Source: Callorhinchus milii
Taxonomy: Eukaryota
Assembly (NCBI RefSeq): GCF_018977255.1
Contig: NW_024704742.1
Span: 4,032,001-4,096,000, forward strand
Length of the DNA: 64,000 bases
Direction of reading: 5' to 3'
Below the pieces are notes generated by a model. It was not told the origin of the DNA, ran no database searches, and saw only the letters and a program-made list of their open reading frames with translations. Made by a program: the position numbers and the translations under genes. Positions 1 through 12,400 of this stretch are shown one piece after another (positions within the stretch are counted from its first letter, which is position 1; the number at the start of each line of letters is the position of its first letter).

Positions 1-258
1 CGAGGCGTTTGGGTGTTTTTTTTTGCAGAGAGAGTGTGAGAAAGTGCGTGTGTGAGAGAGAGGAAGAGAGAGAGAGAGAGATGGGTGTCTTGTACTGTAC
101 AAGGATTATTATTATATATTGTTATTAAAAATAATAAAGGATGTGCTCCTGGGCTGCACACTCTGCTCCCCTCAGCCAAGCCATCTGGGGGGGTAGGTGG
201 GGGTGCCCTGTGGGGTTAATGTCTCCCATTGACTGGGCGAAGGAGGTTTTCAGGGAGC

Positions 259-846
259 TTGCCTTGCCTTGCCTGGCTTGGCTTGCCTTGCCCTTGCCCT
301 TGCCCTGCCTGGCTTGCCTTGCCCTTGCCCTTGCCCTGCCTGGCTTGCCTTGCCTTGCCTTGCCTTGCCTTGCCCTTGCCCTGCCTGGCTTGCCTTGCCT
401 TGCCCTTGCCCTGCCTGGCTTGCCTTGCCTTGCCCTTGCCCTTGCCCTTGCCCTTGCCCTTGCCCTTGCCCTGCCTTGCCTTGCCTTGCCTTGCCCTTGC
501 CCTGCCTGGTTTGCCTTGCCCTTGCCCTTGCCCTGCCTGGCTTGCCTTGCCCTTGCCCTTGCCCTGCCTGGCTTGCCTTGCCTTGCCTTGCCTTGCCTTG
601 CCCTTGCCCTTGCCCTGCCCTGCCTTGCCTTGCCCTTGCCCTGCCTGGCTTGCCTTGCCCTGCCCTTGCCCTGCCTGGCTTGCCTTGCCCTTGCCCTGCC
701 TTGCCTTGCCCTTGCCCTGCCTGGCTTGCCTTGCCCTTGCCCTTGCCCTGCCTTGCCTTGCCTTGCCCTTGCCCTGCCTTGCCTTGCCTTGCCTTGCCCT
801 TGCCCTGCCTGGCTTGCCTTGCCCTTGCCCTGCCTGGCATCTAGCT
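259..846. repeat. Tandem repeat of GCCTT / GCCCTT / GCCCTGCCTGGCTT units
   Basis: Directly visible 5-6 nt units with a higher-order variant; explains the stop-free low-complexity ORFs at 125-1095. Confidence 0.95.
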
Positions 847-1293
847 TGCCTGTGTGGACGTAGGTGGTCATTTCACTCTTTACCCCCCCAAAAACTGTCA
901 GCAAACCCATTCTCTCCTGACTTGACTGACTTACTCGTTCCTCACTCACTGCTGGTAAGGACTCCAGCCACCAGTGAGAAGGAGAGAGCGAGAGAGCGAG
1001 ACTTGCCCAAGGAGCCGGACTCCCAAAAAGTACAACCAGTTGCGATAATCCTCCCCATTTCTCTCCCTCCATTGTGCAGCCTTTTAAGAAGATGAAAGTC
1101 TTAATTGTTTGCCGGTCAAGGACCCTGTGGGTGGGGTAGGGGGGGGGGGGGGGTTAAGGGGTAGGGGGTGGATGTGTGGGGGAAACACCTCAGTTCCCTC
1201 TTTAAATAACGGGCGGGCCTATGTGTTGTTTTATCAGGATGAAGTAATTACAGGGTTTTAACAGCCACCGCGAGCCCACACGCACACATGATC

Positions 1294-1309
1294 GGGTCAA
1301 AAAAGGTCA
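1294..1309 (+). promoter_or_regulatory. Candidate nuclear-receptor DR4 element GGGTCA-aaaa-AGGTCA
   Basis: Two consensus RGGTCA half-sites spaced by 4 nt in non-repetitive sequence upstream of the first FBXO10 coding exon; function not shown. Confidence 0.3.
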
Positions 1310-1734
1310 TTATCCAGTATTTTGAGTTCAGACAGTACGTGTTGGGAGGTGCTTTATAGAACGATAATAATAATAATAATAATGATAGAATCATAGAATT
1401 TTGCAGCACAAAAGGAGGCGGTTCAGCTCATCGTGTCTGTGTCGTGGCTCTTTGGAAGAGCTACCAACTAGTCCCACTCTCCCCCGCACCCCCACCCCCC
1501 GCCCCCCCCGCCCGCTCTTACCCCATTAGCCTGCAAATTCTTCCTTTTCAAGTACCCATCCAATTCCCTCTTGAAAGCCGTCATTGAATCTGTTTTCCAC
1601 TGACCCTTTCAGGCAGCGCATTCCAGACCGCAACAACTCTCTGTGTAAACATTTATTTAAAAGAACGCTTCTGATGGGTGATTCAGTCGCGTCGTTGTTA
1701 TTTCTTCTTTTCATTTCTTTTTATTTTTGAAGGA

Positions 1735-1950
1735 TAATAATCCCTTCGAACGTCAATAAAAAAATAAATAATCGTTTGGTCACTCAAATAATCCACGACC
1801 GTTTGCGGGGACGCTGCTGTGCGCCATTGGCTGCCGCGTTTCGCCCACAAAATATGCAGTCAATTCGCTTTGCAGTACATTCTGTGAAGCGCTTTGAGAC
1901 GCCTACATATATACGTTATATATCAAATGCAAATTTTATAATATATAATT
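1735..1950 (+). mobile_element. 5'-truncated SINE of the same family. Other truncated copies (approximate): 11570-11750(-), 14795-14880(+), 17366-17525(-), 18928-19072(-), 21352-21446(+), 24885-25005(+), 29052-29165(-), 31710-31890(-), 46085-46190(-), 49185-49340(+), 51235-51298(+), 51342-51445(-), 56930-57090(-), 63060-63150(+)
   Basis: Shared motif CCCACAAAATATACAGTCAATTCACTTTACAGTATATTCTGTGAAGCGCTTTGAGACG. Confidence 0.8.
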
Positions 1951-4900
1951 ATTATAGTGGAAATTACAGAGCAGACCCTGCAGCTTTGAAGGATTCTGTG
2001 TATGTACTGATACCCAACTCAGTTAGGGCACTCATCTGGCTCAGAAAATTGTGGGCTCAAGACCTGCATCAGGACTTGAACTCTTAGTCTATCTGGACTC
2101 TCCCGTGCAGTGCTCAGGGAAACTACATTGTCGGAGGTGCCGTCCTTCAGAGGTGTATAGGTGGTGCCATCTGCCTATTCAGTGGATGTTAAATGTCCTA
2201 TTCGATGAGGATTCATTATTCGTAAAGAGAATGGAGATTCTCGCACAGCAACCATCTTCTAACAGTCGCTGTAAACAGACCATCTTCTAAGCGCTCCGAG
2301 ATGCTGTCCGGCGTGAAAGGCGCTGTACGAATGCAAGTTGTTGTTGTTGTTGTATTAAATCTAAGCATTATTATCTAAATCGGTTGGGGAAGCTTGGAGT
2401 GAGAATAGGTCAATTAAGTTTAGTGTTAATTATTGCCTCTGTGGATGTGTGGGTACTGGATACAGGTTGTGGATTGCAAGGATCAGTACTAGCAATGACT
2501 TGGCAACCTATTTTAAAATCTATATGTAATGTCATTTCGGATAGGTTTGGGAGTTGTAGAGCAGAGAATACGACGTTTGAAGCCCAAGTGGATCCTATGT
2601 GGAACCTTGATTGACTCTCAACCTACCTTTAAACCCTATCTCCATGCTCTGACCTGCTCTGCTTTCCCCCACCTCCATAATATTGATCGTCTCCACCACT
2701 ACCTCTCTCTTCAAGCCCTAGAGACCCTAATCATGCTTTCATCATGTCCAGACTTTCAGCGTATCTGCCGCCACTCTGTGGAACTCCATCCCGGAGTTCC
2801 CTGGAGGTCCCTTTGACTCACTCCTTTCCTCACTTCTTTCAACGTCCAGCTTAAGACCTTCCTCTTCGACTGCGCCTTGGGCCGTCTGTCCCTCCCTTGC
2901 TGCCCACCTCTTCAGCCCCCATTCCCAGCTTCCCAGGGAAAGTCTGAAGCCCCTGCCCAGGTCAGGGTGAGGAGAGGATCATGCTCAGTGGAAATACTTC
3001 CCACAGTTGAATCCTTGCCAGTACTTGCACATCATAAATAATACATTCCTTATACAATAATAATACATTCCTTCGGCCACCCTCCTTCCCTCCTCCCACC
3101 CTCCATCCTCCCCGATCCTGACCCCCAGCTCGGGTCCGAAATACTGATTGTCCAGTGCCTTGGGACGTCCTCCCGACATGAATGGCGCTATAAAAGTGTA
3201 ACTGTTTCAGGGTCTGAAAAGCTGTGAGTATGAAAACATTGAGGAACTCATCTAAAGCGCTTCTTACTTGTTACAGTCACGTTGGTCTCAGACAGGTCGA
3301 GGCTGACTTGGGCGCTGAAATTGCTTGGATTTGAAATATCACTTTTCACGGTGTGGGGAGAATGTCTCAGCCGGCACTGGATTAGTGCATCACCTTAGAC
3401 TGTGAGTTCAAAGTCCTTCCGACATGGGGCTTGAACCCACAACCTGCTGATTCAGAGGCAAGATGGCTCTCAATTGAGCCTGAGCCAGGCTGAGACAGTT
3501 GTTATGGATTAAAAAGGCTCGTCTCTTTTGGAAGGATTAATACCTTTTTTTTTAGTTTTTGTAGTAAAATTGTACCGAGTTGATCAATGGCGATTCAAAA
3601 CGGATCTTTAATTGGCAGATACAGATGTAGTTATGGTGAACAAAACATTTTTTAAAAAAAAATAGCTTTCCAACTTCACTCCAGAAGGTACCAAATACGT
3701 CTCTGCTATTCAACCTGTGGTTAAACTGCTTTTCCCTTTTGGCTGGAGAGCAGTACTCTTCCTTCTCAGGCAAACTCAGGTATAAAAGAACATTGCATTT
3801 GTATAGCACCTTTCAACTGGGGAGGATGTCCCAAGTTGCTCAAAAGGAATTTGATAAGGAAATTGATTGAGAGATGGGAGATTGACACAGACCAATTGTT
3901 ACCTTCTCACAACGCATTGAGACCACTTGTTACTCTACCTATGACATTCCCCTAAAGAATTTCTTTGATGGACTACATCAGTGTATTGTATCATTGGTCT
4001 TCACTTCATACCTATGGAATGTTTCTATGTGCAAATTGGCTACCATGTTTATACAGACATTACACTTCACAGTAAATCCTGTGAAGCACTTTTGAGATAT
4101 TTTGAAGTGATAAGATGCTATATTAAATACAAAGATATTATTTATATATATCATATTGTTGTATCCTCTCAATTAGAAAGTTATTACGCGCATCTAGATA
4201 TCAGAAAGGTCCTCCTCAATGCTAAAACAGTCAAAGCAGATTAAAGGTAACAATCGGTAGAATTAGCACTCAATGAATCAAAGGTATAATGTGTAAACTT
4301 AACCGAAAGAAGAATAGAGCAACTGAATTCATTATATCAATACAATAAATAGCTCCAATCTTTTTCCACTCCACACAGATGGGGTTTGTAACACTGCCTT
4401 TTAGCAACAATTTGCTGTATTCAAAGGTAATTTGATAATGCCTTAGAATTTGATTATTATTACCGTATTTATAATGCAAAATTTAACTTATGAATGGAAA
4501 CCCATGCTAGAGAGAGTTGTACGATTGAACTGCTCCATGTTTCTCGAACTGGAACAAACATTCTCGAACCAGAATTTGATCCCCTCTAAGAAGGGAAATG
4601 TCTGGGTTACATTGGAGTGGAAAGGTGGCATAGAAACTGATAGGTATAAGGATGAGGTAAGCTAGATTCCACTAAGCGTGGAGCTGTGACATAAAGATTG
4701 AATGAGATCTAACCACAAGGCAACCTTTGGATTGATTCACGTTGAGTATTGGCAGTCTCCATCCCCACTATTCCTTCGATACAAGTGTCTGTTCTAATAT
4801 GGAGTGCACTTGAGCTGTCTAACATAATAGTAGTTGACAAGGAAAATGTATTCCTGGGTTCCCTAATTGCAGCTAATTATAATATTGCAAACTGTACCCA

Positions 4901-6496
4901 TTGCAGGTACGTTTGCAACCAAAGGATCCAATGTGGAAGGCGGATTTCAGTAATACCACTCACAAACCATTTAACATGCCATAAAACACGGTGGGTAGAC
5001 CTTAAACAGAACGCTCGTAGAATGTTGGTTGAAAGCAGGGTATCAGTGTCTGTGGTCTGAGGTTAAATTGATGTTGTATCGTGACGGAATGTCATACAGT
5101 CGATTTGACTCATTTAACAGAATGCTTATCTCTGGCTCTGGTGGTTGTGGGTTCAAAAATAACGTTGGGATTTCAGTTCATCATGCAGAATGACACGCAG
5201 TCCAGTGCAGAACTGGGGGAGCACTACATTGTTGGAGGTACTGCCTTTCAGTTAAGACGTTAAATCAAGGCCTTAAAAATCCCATGACACTTTCCAAAAA
5301 GAGAAGGGAGCTTTTTATCCTGGTGTCCTGGCCAGCAATCCTCCAGATGAATTTGTTGTTGACCCCATGCTAGCACAAGTGGCTGCGGTGTTTAGGACAA
5401 AAACACTTCTACATTTTGCAATAATTAACTGTGAAGCACTTTCCAACATTTCCATATGATAAAATATGATGAAAAATGAAGTTCTTTTTTCTTAACCTGT
5501 TATATATAACAATACAGCGCAGTCTGCTTGTTGAGCATGGGTTTACTTGATTCTATTGTGGATCCAGACATAAACCCAGGTACTAATAATACTGATCATC
5601 CGGTTTCCTGTGTTATAACTTCCACATCATCAGGTTGCCACGATGTTACTTCCAACGTGCAGGAATTAATACACCGCAACTACACTACAACTGACACCCC
5701 TCCCTTTGCACGCACTTGTGTTTATTGCCCTGGAATTTACACCAACAGTACTTTTTGTGCATAACATGTATGTACATGAGCAGGAAGTGTTGTCAGCTGT
5801 GACCTGATGATCCAGAAGTCAGCCATTTTTCACGCTGCTTCTGCGAATATTAAACCCAGATGATCATATTCTAAATGTTATAATATTGCCCTTAATTTGC
5901 CTTTACAATAATACGCGCCTCATTCTAATGAGTCTTATTTTGTAAGACATTTATTTTATGTGAAAGCTCAATACAAATCTATATTGTTATGTATAGCTCT
6001 GGTCAAATGAGCAATTTTTCCTTTTTTACAATGAGGATCGGATGTATTGTAATCCTTGGGGGTTGAAATAATGGTAGGGTGTCTATAAAGCCTTCTATAA
6101 ATTGTTTGCCTACTTTGGTAGGCGAACCCAACAGCCAATTTGCATACAGCAATTAAATGACTGGATTGTTGGCCAGGGCACTGGGAGAATATCCTTTTCT
6201 TTTCGAATAGTGCCGTGGGATCTTCACTTGAGCAGGCAAATGGGGCATTGGTTTAACATCTCGTGTGAGGGACGGTGCCTCCTACAGTTTAGCACAACCC
6301 CCTGTACTGCATTGAATTGTCAGTTTAGACCGTGAGTTCAGAGTCTCACTGTGGGCTTGATCCCACAGCCTTGTGACTCAGAGACAGAACGCTACTAGCT
6401 GAGCCAGGCTGACACCTAAATGTACGAGTCAAGCGTAGTGTATTAATGCAAAGATGTTTTTGTCTTAACAGCTTGTATTCAAATCCACGGGTGACG

Positions 6497-9400
6497 ATGG
6501 ACATCAGTGGTCTCCCAGTTGAGCTGTGGCGTCTGATCCTTGCATACCTGCCTTTACCAGATCTAGGTCGATGCTGCTTGGTGTGTAGAGCATGGTACGA
6601 ACTTATCATTAGTCTGGATAATACCCGCTGGAGACAACTGTGTCTTGGATGTATTGAGTGCAAGCACCCAAATTGGCCCAATCAGCCTGATGTTGAACCC
6701 CAATCATGGCGGGAGGCATTTAAACAACACTATCTGGCTTCAAAAACATGGACCAGAAATGCCCAGGACTTGGAATCCTCAAATTGTTTGTATTTATTTA
6801 GGCGAAAAAGGGATAGAAAAACTATATTTGTGGGTCCCACCAATGAACATGAAAATCTCAGGAGTGCCTTAGCAGTTGCCAATGTGTATGATAAGATTAT
6901 TGTTTCCCCTGGAATATATGAAGAACAAAATGAGGTGACTTTAAAGGTGCCAGTGGAGATAATTGGGCACGGGAAGCTGGGGGACGTCGCACTCCTCATT
7001 AGTTTTGACCAACACTGTCCAACAGCACGTCTATGTAATTTGGTCCTCATGCCGGCATGGTTCACACCTGTTGTGTACAAGGTAAGTTCCTATTCCATAC
7101 TTTTGTAGGATAAGTGTAATAATAATAATATTACATAGGCGCCATTGATATAGCGCCTTATCACATTGTTTTGAAGGGATTATTACTCTCGAAAAAGCAA
7201 TCCGCCTATCGACTAACAGCCGGGTTCCTAGTTACTGCAAGGTAACCAGAGGCGTATGGAGTAAGTAAACTTACCCAACATTGTGCCCTGCCCGGGAATT
7301 GAACCCAAGTCCTCTCGCTTGCGAGGCGAGTGCTCTAACCACTACGATACAGGACTTCACCTGTATCTATTCTGAAATAGTTTACCACAGATTGGAGAGG
7401 GTATTTCTTAAGAAGAGATCCTTCAACTCATTGATTCAAGAACATGGTCTGAAATGCAAAATATTGGGTTAATCATGTTCAAATACATAGAGTACTTTCA
7501 ATTATGTAATGAATCATCAATAAAAAATGATTACAGGTAAATCAGCAACTTTGAAGCTGGTTGTACTCATCTCTGGATAATAGTCACCAGATTCACTTTG
7601 TCAGCTCTCATTACAGTAATACGCCAAGTTACAGGGCTCTACAGTCATGTCAAAGGAGAAACCTCTTGGATTGATTATTGCTAGTGGAAATGCCTCTTGC
7701 CCTAAGTGCACAGCAGTGTCCCACAAACAGTGGTGGATTGAGTGATCAAATAACAACCGGGTTCCTACTTCCTGCTAGAGTATTGAAATCTGTAATAAGG
7801 ATGGAATAACCAAACATCTCGAGAAGGCGAGAGTGTCATTGAAAGCAGCCACGTAGGTTCATGATGGGAAAGTCATGCTTAACCAACTGTATTGAATTCA
7901 TTGAACAAATCACAGATAGATTAGACAAGGAAAAGCAGGGGATGTGATGTATTTGGATTTTCAGAAGGCCTTTGATAAGGTGCCACATAGCAAAAATCAG
8001 AATATGTGGAGTCAGGGGAGAGGTAGCAGAATGGATTGAGAGATGACTGTAAACAGAAAACAAATTAGAGGAGTAAAGGACAGCTTGTAAGACTGGCAAG
8101 AAGTAGGTAGTGCTTTTCCGCAGGGATCAGTATCAGGACTGTTACTGTTCACCGTATTTATAAATGATTGCACTCGGGAGATTTGGTGTTGAAATTCACT
8201 GATGACACCAAACTGAAGGGTACGGTAAATAGTGAGGGTTGCAAAGAGATGCATACACACATACACAGAGTTGCAGAATGTGTGGATAGGTGGCAGATGA
8301 AGTTCAATTTGAGAAATTTGCTCGGTGGATTAAAGAAGCCATTTGTACCTTAGATAATGAGAATGTAAGAGGCATAGCGATCTGGGGATTCAGATTAATC
8401 TAAAAGTATTAAGCACGATCAAAAAGGAAGGTCTTTAGGTGGGACTTAAAGGTGGGGAGGGAGGGGGCAAGGCGGAGGATTGAGGAAGAGAGTTCCAGAC
8501 TTTCAGGGTGTGGTGGTGCGAGGACATGAAGGGATTTGAAATCGAGTGAGACATCTGACAGATGAGTGAACAGAATATCAAATGGAGAAGTAGATTTTGG
8601 TGTCATCTCTGTGTATGTAGAATGTAACCCCATCTTTGTGGATGATGTCACCACGGGGAGCAGATAGGTAAGGGAAAGGCTGAGGAAGAGTCCTGCGGTG
8701 CTCCACAGATGACTGGAATGGGAAGAAGAAACTTTTATAGGAGACAAAGTGGAGGCAATGGGTCAAGTAGGATAGGAACCATGAGCATGCACTTCCACAG
8801 AGAGGAAAGAATGAGGAATTCTCTTTTCCTCAGTAGCACCTCCCTGCTTCCTAGTGACCAACACTGAATAGCCCTTTGAACACCTGGAAAGAACAGGTAC
8901 GTACACGAGTTGAGGAAAAAGATAAATAAAAAGAAATGAGGTTAAAATCACTTCTCTGTAGCTTTTCTTTCTTTAGTTCATTGGATCAATCTTTTGGACA
9001 GTCTACAATTCTACTGGAAGATGCTTGATGATTGTTAAATGACTGATGTAGATTTTTGTGTTAATGAGTGGGTGCGAATAAATGAATAAGTTAATGTACG
9101 TTGCCATTTCTTCAACTGACTCTTTCTGATCTGCAGACGTCATCGGGTCATGTCCAGCTCGATAACTGCAACATTGAGAACGGGCAGTTGCAGATCCACT
9201 CGCCGGGAACTTGCCAGCTTAAGTTTTGTACTTTCAGCCAGTCTTGCGTTAATTTCCACAGTGTTGCTCTGAGCATCATTGAGAACTGTGAGTTTATTGG
9301 GAGTGAGAATACGTCAGTGACTGTAGAGGGGCCTGCTCTGACGGACAGAAACTGGGCCTGCAAACACCTGGCAGTCACGGCCAAATCCAAATCAGTTTTG

Positions 9401-12400
9401 AACTCGCCAGAAGCAGCACTTCCAAAAACCTGTAGTTCCGAAACCCACTGTCAGCGTCCGTCCAGCAACTTGAGAACCTTCGAGGTCAACGGTCAAGTGG
9501 CCGAAGCACAACAGGCTTCCGGGTCCAAAGAAAATGTCCACAGACCCTGCGACCGGGAAAATGCGTGTAACGGGGACGTAAACACCACAAAGGAACATCC
9601 CTGTGAGTCGGAGGTCATCACCTTAGAAACCGATTACAGCGAAAGTGATCTGAGCACTTGCAGCGAGAATGAAGATGATGAAGAGTCCGTGTACAAGCTC
9701 TCTTACCAGTCCCATGGTCTGAGCCGCATGTTGACCAAGGCCAGTCTATTTAGACCTCAGAAAAATGGAGCCGACTTCTTACAGATGGACTTGGAATTGA
9801 AAACTCTGGAACAGGAGCTGCAAAGAGACAAAGAGGCTCAGATACTCGCCAACACCCTGCATGGTTGTCTCATAAGAAAGTGCCTTTTTAGAGATGGAAA
9901 GGGTGGTGTGTTTGTCTGCAGCCAGGGACAAGCCAGGATGGAGTCCAACATCTTCAGAAACCTGAGCAATGCAGTTCGCTGCATCCAAAATGCCAAGGTC
10001 AGTAAGAAGACTGCGCATTCCAGTGTACTCCTGCCTACCTCGGTGTCTCTTTACCACTGAGGGCCACTTGCTAGAGGTGTTTAAAATGATGAAAGGCTTA
10101 GAACATTTTTTTCTCATGTAAAAAATGCACAGATGAGAGCCGTAGCTCCACATAAAACACAATCAAAGCGAGTGGAAAGCGCAGGAGAATTACTTCCGAA
10201 AACTAATGCTAGGCTTGGAAAACAATGTGGCCAACACAGGTGATGGAACGAGGAAGTGTAACAGGTTTCAAAAAAGGGAGGTGGACAATTTCCTGGAAAA
10301 AATACTCAGGATTATCAGATGATGGCGTGGACATCTTGAAGGCATCTTTTGGGAGGTTGGATGGGTAAACTTGATGGGACAATGCTGGTGTATCTGTTAC
10401 TACGTAGAACTCCACCTACCAAGTTCCAGGACTTATTTCTAAGTTGATGTGTAAATGCTGGGGGTCTTTATTCTGCCTGCCAGAACTGGGCTGTTTTTTC
10501 CGACTGTCACAAGCTCCCCCCACCCCCCCCCCCCCCACAAAAACACACCCTTTGAGAGGGAAAGAGTTCAGGTATGCCTCCTGTCAGCTGCCGTTCAGTC
10601 ATTGGTGCTGGTGGAAAGATTCACGATGTGAAACATCGACATGGTCAACACCACTTTGGTGTATGTTTAGATGTTAACCCTTCTCGTTGCAGGGAAGAGG
10701 GTATCGAACTTCAAATGCAGTACTGTATATTCTAATGTATAGAGTCTCTGCTCTTCATTGCCGTTTTCCTGAAACATGAAGGGTTCTAATATATTTAAAC
10801 AGCTTCAAAACATTGCTTAGATATTATTGACGATAATCCTTGCATTCGATATAGTGCCTTATGATAACATCTCAAAGAGTTGCCGCGTTTTGTCCACATA
10901 GAAGAGAGGAGGGAAATGGGGAACTGGATTCCAGCAGATAAGGTAGCACTTGCTGAGCCTGAGGGGCAAAGTTCCTCCTTAAATACTGTCATTTCCGTGA
11001 TTTATAAGCTGCGGTACCTACAAAAAGACAGCGTTTTGAGGTGCATTTTCACCCGCGTGAATGAAAAAAGCTCCCAGATGAAAAAAGCCTGAGGCCACTT
11101 GTACATGCAGTGGCTTCTGTTATTTCCTGTGTTGACCCGCTGAAAGGTGTTAGTAATTGACTGAAGTTCTCCATCCTCAGGTGATAATGCTAAAGAATGA
11201 GATTAATCAGTGCAAAGCGTCTGGAATCTTTTTGCGTCTGGCTGCAGGAGGTCTGATTGCCGACAACAACATCCACTCCAACGCAGAGGCTGGGATTGAT
11301 ATCCGCAAGGGAGCAAACCCGCTCATACTGGTAACTGAACTTCACTCCTTAAAACAGCACCTTTTGTGTCGTGTAGTTAGTCTTCGCATTGCTCTTGATC
11401 TCTGCCCAGAAATTGCTGAAGGTTAAGAGTTTCAAGCACCTGTTTTTACTCCTGAACGAAGAAGATTATTTCCTATTTATTTTAAGTTAATCCTGCATTT
11501 TTATTGTGTGGTTTTATTGTAGTTTAAAGCCAATGCCACAGTATCGGAGGAGAGGGTAGAGAAATTGGATAATAATAATAATCCTTGCATTTGATATAGC
11601 GCTTTTCACGTCTTCTCGACGTCTCAAAGCGCTTCTCAGAATATGCTGTAAAGTGAATTGACTGTATATTTGTGGGCGAAACGCGGCAGCCACTTGCGCA
11701 CAGCAGCGTCCCACAAACAGTCATGGATTGAAAATGACAAATTTATTGTTGTGGGCTATAAGATTAAACCGTTCTAGGCCCCACACTTTAGGAAGGATGT
11801 CAAGGCATTGGAGAGGGTGCAAAGGAGATTGACCAGGATGGTACCAGGAATGAGGGACTTCAGTAATCAGGAGAGGCAGAGAAGCCGGGATTATTCTCAT
11901 TGGAGCAGAGAAGGTTAAGAGGAGACTTAATAGAAGTTTTCAAAATTATGAGGGGATTCGATAGGGTGAACAAGGAGAAACTATTTTCACTGGCGGGTGG
12001 GTCGGTAACCCCGAGAACACCGATTTAAAATAGTTGTTAAAAGAAACAGAGGGGAGGTGAGAAATATTTTTACACAGTGAGTTGTTGGGATCTGGAATGC
12101 ATTGCCTGAAAGGCTGATGGAAGCCAATTCGATAACAGCTTTTAAGAGAGAAGTAGATAATTATTTGGGAAGGACAAGTTTACAGGGCTATGGGGAGAGC
12201 GCGGGGGAATGGGATTGAATTGGGTAGCTCTTTTTAAAAGAGTCAGCATAGACACGATGGGCTGAATTGCTTCATACTGTGCTGTATAATTCTATGATTC
12301 TATAATTGTGGAGTCCTGTAGCTCAGTGGTTAGAGCACTCACCTCGAAAGCGAGAGACCTGGGTTTGATTCCCGGCAGTGCGAAACGTTGGGCAAGTTTC

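Noticed and set aside
125..1095. Five overlapping ORFs of 190-315 aa (ARQGK / LALPC repeats)
   Set aside because: Translations of a GCCTT/GCCCTT satellite that lacks stop codons; no domain or splice support.
6446..6496. Upstream in-frame ATG extending FBXO10 (MQRCFCLNS..)
   Set aside because: The ATG lies upstream of the acceptor at 6470-6471, so it is intronic; the F-box begins at ATG 6497.
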